This document shows positions 57,201 through 64,000 of a stretch of 64,000 nucleotides of DNA, piece by piece (the stretch's first letter is position 1; each line of letters begins with the position of its first letter). Below the pieces are notes generated by a model. It searched no databases and was not told the origin of the DNA. It was given only the letters and a program-made list of their open reading frames with translations. The stretch is from Diplonema japonicum. Lineage: Eukaryota > Protista > Euglenozoa: Diplonemea. The translations under genes were made by a program, and so were the position numbers. The stretch lies in NCBI GenBank assembly GCA_964019335.1, contig OZ025683.1, positions 525,564-589,563 on the forward strand. Reading direction: 5' to 3'.

Positions 57201-60200
57201 ATGCACACCTCCTCCGGACTGACGGTGGGCGTCGTACTTTCGTGCAAAGGAATTTTGCTACTTTGTTCTTTTTGGTCTTCGTTATGTCTATCTATGTATC
57301 AGTAATCCATCTTTCGATAGGTCTTGAAATCGAAGGGTGACATGCAGATTACGCCTACGCTGGCGGTTTGTATTACGGTACAATAGCAATAGGCCAATTT
57401 TTGCTCGGTTCAGTTGTGGGGCAACTTGTATTGTAGGAGACTTCAAAATACCAGGGAGGAGCGAGTGGCCGCGCCGGGGGGATGTACCTCGTGGTGAAGT
57501 AACTTCAGTGTGTCGTGAAATAATAACTATTTATATAACTCGAGCCGGGTTTTCAAGGGTGGGAGTGAAAATAATATTTTACATTATCTCACTCCCAGCT
57601 TTACTTTCACTGCGTGTGGGTGTTCGGCGGTGCAACCTGTTCGTTTCAAGGGTGGCGTGCTCAAGGGGACTCTGGAAACGGCATGGAGGGTGGTCAAGTT
57701 GCAGACCCGGGGGTGCAGACACCACCCGACACCGGGGAAGGAAGGGGTAGTGGGCATTGCGGCGGGAGCCGGCGCTACCAAGGTACACTACGTGAGTTCT
57801 TGGAGAGGTGCGACGCAAGGATAAGGGCCCCAGTGGGAAAGGTCAAGGACCTGATCAAAGTGAAGGCGTGGGTGAGGGATGGAAGGAAGGTCACCCTCGA
57901 CGTCTACGAGGGGAGGGGGCCCTGCGAGAAGGAGACGAGGCGCACTGTCCAGGACCATCTGCGGAAGATGGGTGTTGAAGAGGTCGACCTGCAGTCAGCG
58001 GTGGTGACGGTCCCGGGGTTGTTCGAGGACGTCTCCTTTGAGAGGTACCTTGGGCTGTTGGCCCGGAAGAAGGAGGAAGACAGGGAGAGGCGGCCTGAGG
58101 TGGTTGCCACGGACCTCCCCACCCTGGAAGAGCTGAAGTGGAGCAAGAAGGACAAGAAGCGGGCCCGGGCCCGATCGGCCAGATGTTCTGTCCTGGTTAG
58201 TCCGGTGTGCTCAGTGCAGGCTTGTCGCAAGACTCGTCGACACAGAGCTTGAAGAGGGATGAACCGGGCCAGGCTGGCCATCAGAGCAGCTCCTAGTTCC
58301 CGCAACGGACAGTTCCAGGATAGCAGAACTGAGCAGTGCCTGTGTCTCTGCCACTCAGACTACCTGAACCACATCGCCCATCTTTTTTGCTTGCTTGCTT
58401 TTTTATACGCGCATTTCAGTTCCGCGAAGTTGCGAATGTTGGGGACGCGCTGCCGAGAAGCGAGAAGACCGAGATCCACAGCGCCGTGGCGACAAGCGTG
58501 GCAAGCAGCACTGGAACAACCCGAAGCCGTAGGCAACGGAAGAACACGCAAGCCCAAACCTGAATGGGCAAGACAGGCCACGCAGACGATCTCACGAAGC
58601 CAGCTGACTGCACCAAAGGACAGACGGACTACCACACGGGGCAAGCAGTCTGCGACAAGAAGTCTGACAAGCCCCAGTCCCCAAAGACATTCCGGAGGCA
58701 GAAGTCTGCATCACGGGACAAGCGGGCTCTAGTCTCTAGAAAGACTCCAGCTGCAGCCGAGCCCCAGCAACAACCAAGGAGGGCGCTCGACGACAACGGA
58801 GAGGTACAGATCTCAACAACGGCCACTACCAAGCAGTTGCTAGGAAGATCATGCACACCTCCTCCGGACTGACGGTGGGCGTCGTACTTTCGTGCAAAGG
58901 AATTTTGCTACTTTGTTCTTTTTGGTCTTCGTTATGTCTATCTATGTATCAGTAATCCATCTTTCGATAGGTCTTGAAATCGAAGGGTGACATGCAGATT
59001 ACGCCTACGCTGGCGGTTTGTATTACGGTACAATAGCAATAGGCCAATTTTTGCTCGGTTCAGTTGTGGGGCAACTTGTATTGTAGGAGACTTCAAAATA
59101 CCAGGGAGGAGCGAGTGGCCGCGCCGGGGGGATGTACCTCGTGGTGAAGTAACTTCAGTGTGTCGTGAAATAATAACTATTTATATAACTCGAGCCGGGT
59201 TTTCAAGGGTGGGAGTGAAAATAATATTTTACATTATCTCACTCCCAGCTTTACTTTCACTGCGTGTGGGTGTTCGGCGGTGCAACCTGTTCGTTTCAAG
59301 GGTGGCGTGCTCAAGGGGACTCTGGAAACGGCATGGAGGGTGGTCAAGTTGCAGACCCGGGGGTGCAGACACCACCCGACACCGGGGAAGGAAGGGGTAG
59401 TGGGCATTGCGGCGGGAGCCGGCGCTACCAAGGTACACTACGTGAGTTCTTGGAGAGGTGCGACGCAAGGATAAGGGCCCCAGTGGGAAAGGTCAAGGAC
59501 CTGATCAAAGTGAAGGCGTGGGTGAGGGATGGAAGGAAGGTCACCCTCGACGTCTACGAGGGGAGGGGGCCCTGCGAGAAGGAGACGAGGCGCACTGTCC
59601 AGGACCATCTGCGGAAGATGGGTGTTGAAGAGGTCGACCTGCAGTCAGCGGTGGTGACGGTCCCGGGGTTGTTCGAGGACGTCTCCTTTGAGAGGTACCT
59701 TGGGCTGTTGGCCCGGAAGAAGGAGGAAGACAGGGAGAGGCGGCCTGAGGTGGTTGCCACGGACCTCCCCACCCTGGAAGAGCTGAAGTGGAGCAAGAAG
59801 GACAAGAAGCGGGCCCGGGCCCGATCGGCCAGATGTTCTGTCCTGGTTAGTCCGGTGTGCTCAGTGCAGGCTTGTCGCAAGACTCGTCGACACAGAGCTT
59901 GAAGAGGGATGAACCGGGCCAGGCTGGCCATCAGAGCAGCTCCTAGTTCCCGCAACGGACAGTTCCAGGATAGCAGAACTGAGCAGTGCCTGTGTCTCTG
60001 CCACTCAGACTACCTGAACCACATCGCCCATCTTTTTTGCTTGCTTGCTTTTTTATACGCGCATTTCAGTTCCGCGAAGTTGCGAATGTTGGGGACGCGC
60101 TGCCGAGAAGCGAGAAGACCGAGATCCACAGCGCCGTGGCGACAAGCGTGGCAAGCAGCACTGGAACAACCCGAAGCCGTAGGCAACGGAAGAACACGCA

Positions 60201-63131
60201 AGCCCAAACCTGAATGGGCAAGACAGGCCACGCAGACGATCTCACGAAGCCAGCTGACTGCACCAAAGGACAGACGGACTACCACACGGGGCAAGCAGTC
60301 TGCGACAAGAAGTCTGACAAGCCCCAGTCCCCAAAGACATTCCGGAGGCAGAAGTCTGCATCACGGGACAAGCGGGCTCTAGTCTCTAGAAAGACTCCAG
60401 CTGCAGCCGAGCCCCAGCAACAACCAAGGAGGGCGCTCGACGACAACGGAGAGGTACAGATCTCAACAACGGCCACTACCAAGCAGTTGCTAGGAAGATC
60501 ATGCACACCTCCTCCGGACTGACGGTGGGCGTCGTACTTTCGTGCAAAGGAATTTTGCTACTTTGTTCTTTTTGGTCTTCGTTATGTCTATCTATGTATC
60601 AGTAATCCATCTTTCGATAGGTCTTGAAATCGAAGGGTGACATGCAGATTACGCCTACGCTGGCGGTTTGTATTACGGTACAATAGCAATAGGCCAATTT
60701 TTGCTCGGTTCAGTTGTGGGGCAACTTGTATTGTAGGAGACTTCAAAATACCAGGGAGGAGCGAGTGGCCGCGCCGGGGGGATGTACCTCGTGGTGAAGT
60801 AACTTCAGTGTGTCGTGAAATAATAACTATTTATATAACTCGAGCCGGGTTTTCAAGGGTGGGAGTGAAAATAATATTTTACATTATCTCACTCCCAGCT
60901 TTACTTTCACTGCGTGTGGGTGTTCGGCGGTGCAACCTGTTCGTTTCAAGGGTGGCGTGCTCAAGGGGACTCTGGAAACGGCATGGAGGGTGGTCAAGTT
61001 GCAGACCCGGGGGTGCAGACACCACCCGACACCGGGGAAGGAAGGGGTAGTGGGCATTGCGGCGGGAGCCGGCGCTACCAAGGTACACTACGTGAGTTCT
61101 TGGAGAGGTGCGACGCAAGGATAAGGGCCCCAGTGGGAAAGGTCAAGGACCTGATCAAAGTGAAGGCGTGGGTGAGGGATGGAAGGAAGGTCACCCTCGA
61201 CGTCTACGAGGGGAGGGGGCCCTGCGAGAAGGAGACGAGGCGCACTGTCCAGGACCATCTGCGGAAGATGGGTGTTGAAGAGGTCGACCTGCAGTCAGCG
61301 GTGGTGACGGTCCCGGGGTTGTTCGAGGACGTCTCCTTTGAGAGGTACCTTGGGCTGTTGGCCCGGAAGAAGGAGGAAGACAGGGAGAGGCGGCCTGAGG
61401 TGGTTGCCACGGACCTCCCCACCCTGGAAGAGCTGAAGTGGAGCAAGAAGGACAAGAAGCGGGCCCGGGCCCGATCGGCCAGATGTTCTGTCCTGGTTAG
61501 TCCGGTGTGCTCAGTGCAGGCTTGTCGCAAGACTCGTCGACACAGAGCTTGAAGAGGGATGAACCGGGCCAGGCTGGCCATCAGAGCAGCTCCTAGTTCC
61601 CGCAACGGACAGTTCCAGGATAGCAGAACTGAGCAGTGCCTGTGTCTCTGCCACTCAGACTACCTGAACCACATCGCCCATCTTTTTTGCTTGCTTGCTT
61701 TTTTATACGCGCATTTCAGTTCCGCGAAGTTGCGAATGTTGGGGACGCGCTGCCGAGAAGCGAGAAGACCGAGATCCACAGCGCCGTGGCGACAAGCGTG
61801 GCAAGCAGCACTGGAACAACCCGAAGCCGTAGGCAACGGAAGAACACGCAAGCCCAAACCTGAATGGGCAAGACAGGCCACGCAGACGATCTCACGAAGC
61901 CAGCTGACTGCACCAAAGGACAGACGGACTACCACACGGGGCAAGCAGTCTGCGACAAGAAGTCTGACAAGCCCCAGTCCCCAAAGACATTCCGGAGGCA
62001 GAAGTCTGCATCACGGGACAAGCGGGCTCTAGTCTCTAGAAAGACTCCAGCTGCAGCCGAGCCCCAGCAACAACCAAGGAGGGCGCTCGACGACAACGGA
62101 GAGGTACAGATCTCAACAACGGCCACTACCAAGCAGTTGCTAGGAAGATCATGCACACCTCCTCCGGACTGACGGTGGGCGTCGTACTTTCGTGCAAAGG
62201 AATTTTGCTACTTTGTTCTTTTTGGTCTTCGTTATGTCTATCTATGTATCAGTAATCCATCTTTCGATAGGTCTTGAAATCGAAGGGTGACATGCAGATT
62301 ACGCCTACGCTGGCGGTTTGTATTACGGTACAATAGCAATAGGCCAATTTTTGCTCGGTTCAGTTGTGGGGCAACTTGTATTGTAGGAGACTTCAAAATA
62401 CCAGGGAGGAGCGAGTGGCCGCGCCGGGGGGATGTACCTCGTGGTGAAGTAACTTCAGTGTGTCGTGAAATAATAACTATTTATATAACTCGAGCCGGGT
62501 TTTCAAGGGTGGGAGTGAAAATAATATTTTACATTATCTCACTCCCAGCTTTACTTTCACTGCGTGTGGGTGTTCGGCGGTGCAACCTGTTCGTTTCAAG
62601 GGTGGCGTGCTCAAGGGGACTCTGGAAACGGCATGGAGGGTGGTCAAGTTGCAGACCCGGGGGTGCAGACACCACCCGACACCGGGGAAGGAAGGGGTAG
62701 TGGGCATTGCGGCGGGAGCCGGCGCTACCAAGGTACACTACGTGAGTTCTTGGAGAGGTGCGACGCAAGGATAAGGGCCCCAGTGGGAAAGGTCAAGGAC
62801 CTGATCAAAGTGAAGGCGTGGGTGAGGGATGGAAGGAAGGTCACCCTCGACGTCTACGAGGGGAGGGGGCCCTGCGAGAAGGAGACGAGGCGCACTGTCC
62901 AGGACCATCTGCGGAAGATGGGTGTTGAAGAGGTCGACCTGCAGTCAGCGGTGGTGACGGTCCCGGGGTTGTTCGAGGACGTCTCCTTTGAGAGGTACCT
63001 TGGGCTGTTGGCCCGGAAGAAGGAGGAAGACAGGGAGAGGCGGCCTGAGGTGGTTGCCACGGACCTCCCCACCCTGGAAGAGCTGAAGTGGAGCAAGAAG
63101 GACAAGAAGCGGGCCCGGGCCCGATCGGCCA
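48282..63131 (+). repeat. Tandem array of 9 x 1650-bp apparently identical units (14,850 bp)
   Basis: The unit starts GATGTTCTGTCCTGG at 48282, 49932, 51582 ... 61482, and identity ends at 63132. The ORF track repeats exactly with period 1650. Confidence 0.98.
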
Positions 63132-63448
63132 GTACTGACTCGGATTGTGTGGAGGGTGGCTACATCTATCTGAAGGGTACGGGGGCGGATGGCACCGTGG
63201 TCGAAGCCAACATATGCAGGGGTGAGCTCAAGGGGATGACCGGGCCCCAGTTCAAGTTCTTGGCGGAGCACAGGTTGATGGAAGAGCTGGGGAGCGACGA
63301 CCTGGTGCGGGACACGGTCAAGGTGCGCAACAAGGAGAACTGGGCCCCGGTGAACAGTGCGGTGGCTTGGCTGCAGCTCGAGTCGGGGAGGGCACGGGTG
63401 GGGCCCATACCCCACAAGAAGAGGTCCAAAGGCTCGCTGGCCAGATAG
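62633..63448 (+). CDS. Hypothetical protein (~271 aa); the only complete copy of the ORF that is truncated in array units 1-8
   Basis: GC3-rich frame MEGGQVADP...RARARSA continues into unique STDSDCVEGG...GSLAR*. In the other 8 copies it crosses the unit junction and stops about 23 codons later. Confidence 0.55.
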   Translation: MEGGQVADPGVQTPPDTGEGRGSGHCGGSRRYQGTLREFLERCDARIRAPVGKVKDLIKVKAWVRDGRKVTLDVYEGRGPCEKETRRTVQDHLRKMGVEEVDLQSAVVTVPGLFEDVSFERYLGLLARKKEEDRERRPEVVATDLPTLEELKWSKKDKKRARARSASTDSDCVEGGYIYLKGTGADGTVVEANICRGELKGMTGPQFKFLAEHRLMEELGSDDLVRDTVKVRNKENWAPVNSAVAWLQLESGRARVGPIPHKKRSKGSLAR

Positions 63449-63627
63449 GCCAGCGGGGGTGTGGGGGGCTGTTCTCCCCCCCCCCGCCATAGGAAGATGT
63501 GAAACTCTTTTTTTTTTTTTTTTTTCTGAGAAAAAAAAAAAGGGAAAAATAAAAGAATAGGGAACAGGTGCTACAACGGCCAGGCTAGATAGAACCACTT
63601 AGATTTTTTTTTTTTTTTCCTTTTTTT

Positions 63628-63674
<47 letters not shown>

Positions 63675-64000
63675 TTTTCTGTTTTTCTTTTTCTTTTTCT
63701 TTTTGAAGTGGAACCATCTCGGTCGACGTTTTTTTTTTTTTTTCTTTTTTCTTTTGTGGTGATGTGTTTTTCCTGTTTTTGATTTTCTTCTTCCCCCGCT
63801 CTATGCTTTTTCGCATGGACATTGGTCACTCTGCCCCTTTCCCCTTTTTTGATTCTCCCTCTTTCCCCCTCCTAAATTTTACCCCCTGCCCCACTCATTC
63901 CTCCCTAGTATGTTTTTGAATTTGCCTCTTCTTCTTTTAAGCCTTTTTTGAGATTTTTATTTTTGAATTTTTATCATTTGGAGTTGCTTCTTCTTCTTCC

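Noticed and set aside
48282-63131. Array as SL RNA, 5S rRNA or histone gene repeats, or as a CRISPR array
   Set aside because: I found no spliced-leader-like exon, 5S or histone sequence in the unit on either strand. The units are identical with no variable spacers.

Overview
Eukaryotic nuclear DNA, most likely from a diplonemid-like euglenozoan. This is inferred from tiny GT-AG introns, co-oriented genes preceded by pyrimidine-AG acceptor-like sites, Thr/Pro-repeat surface proteins and long homopolymer spacers. 1-13.4 kb is a compact run of seven + strand genes: coiled-coil, tandem PH-like, a small protein, IQ coiled-coil, an Rlp7/uL30-like gene, zinc-ribbon, and a mucin-stalk multi-TM protein. 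Three of them contain 12 reconstructable introns of 33-54 nt. 13.4-39 kb holds intronless secreted-protein genes (CUB-WSC; a giant frameshifted protein with two non-catalytic GH18 domains; a Cys-rich sushi-like protein). It also holds a 5'-truncated non-LTR retrotransposon flanked by T14 tracts and two Sola-like TIR elements with ATAT target duplications. 39.5-48.3 kb is a patchwork of TE remnants (piggyBac-like, Penelope-like RT) containing a full U2 snRNA gene with a divergent tRNA-like A/B-box element upstream. 48282-63131 is nine apparently identical head-to-tail copies of a 1650-bp unit built partly from TE fragments found elsewhere in the window. Most notable observations: a dispersed ~44-bp element that looks like a portable branch-point plus 3' splice acceptor, the trypanosome-style U2/tRNA-like arrangement, and the TE-mosaic array. 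All family assignments are by eye from motifs; no database search was run.
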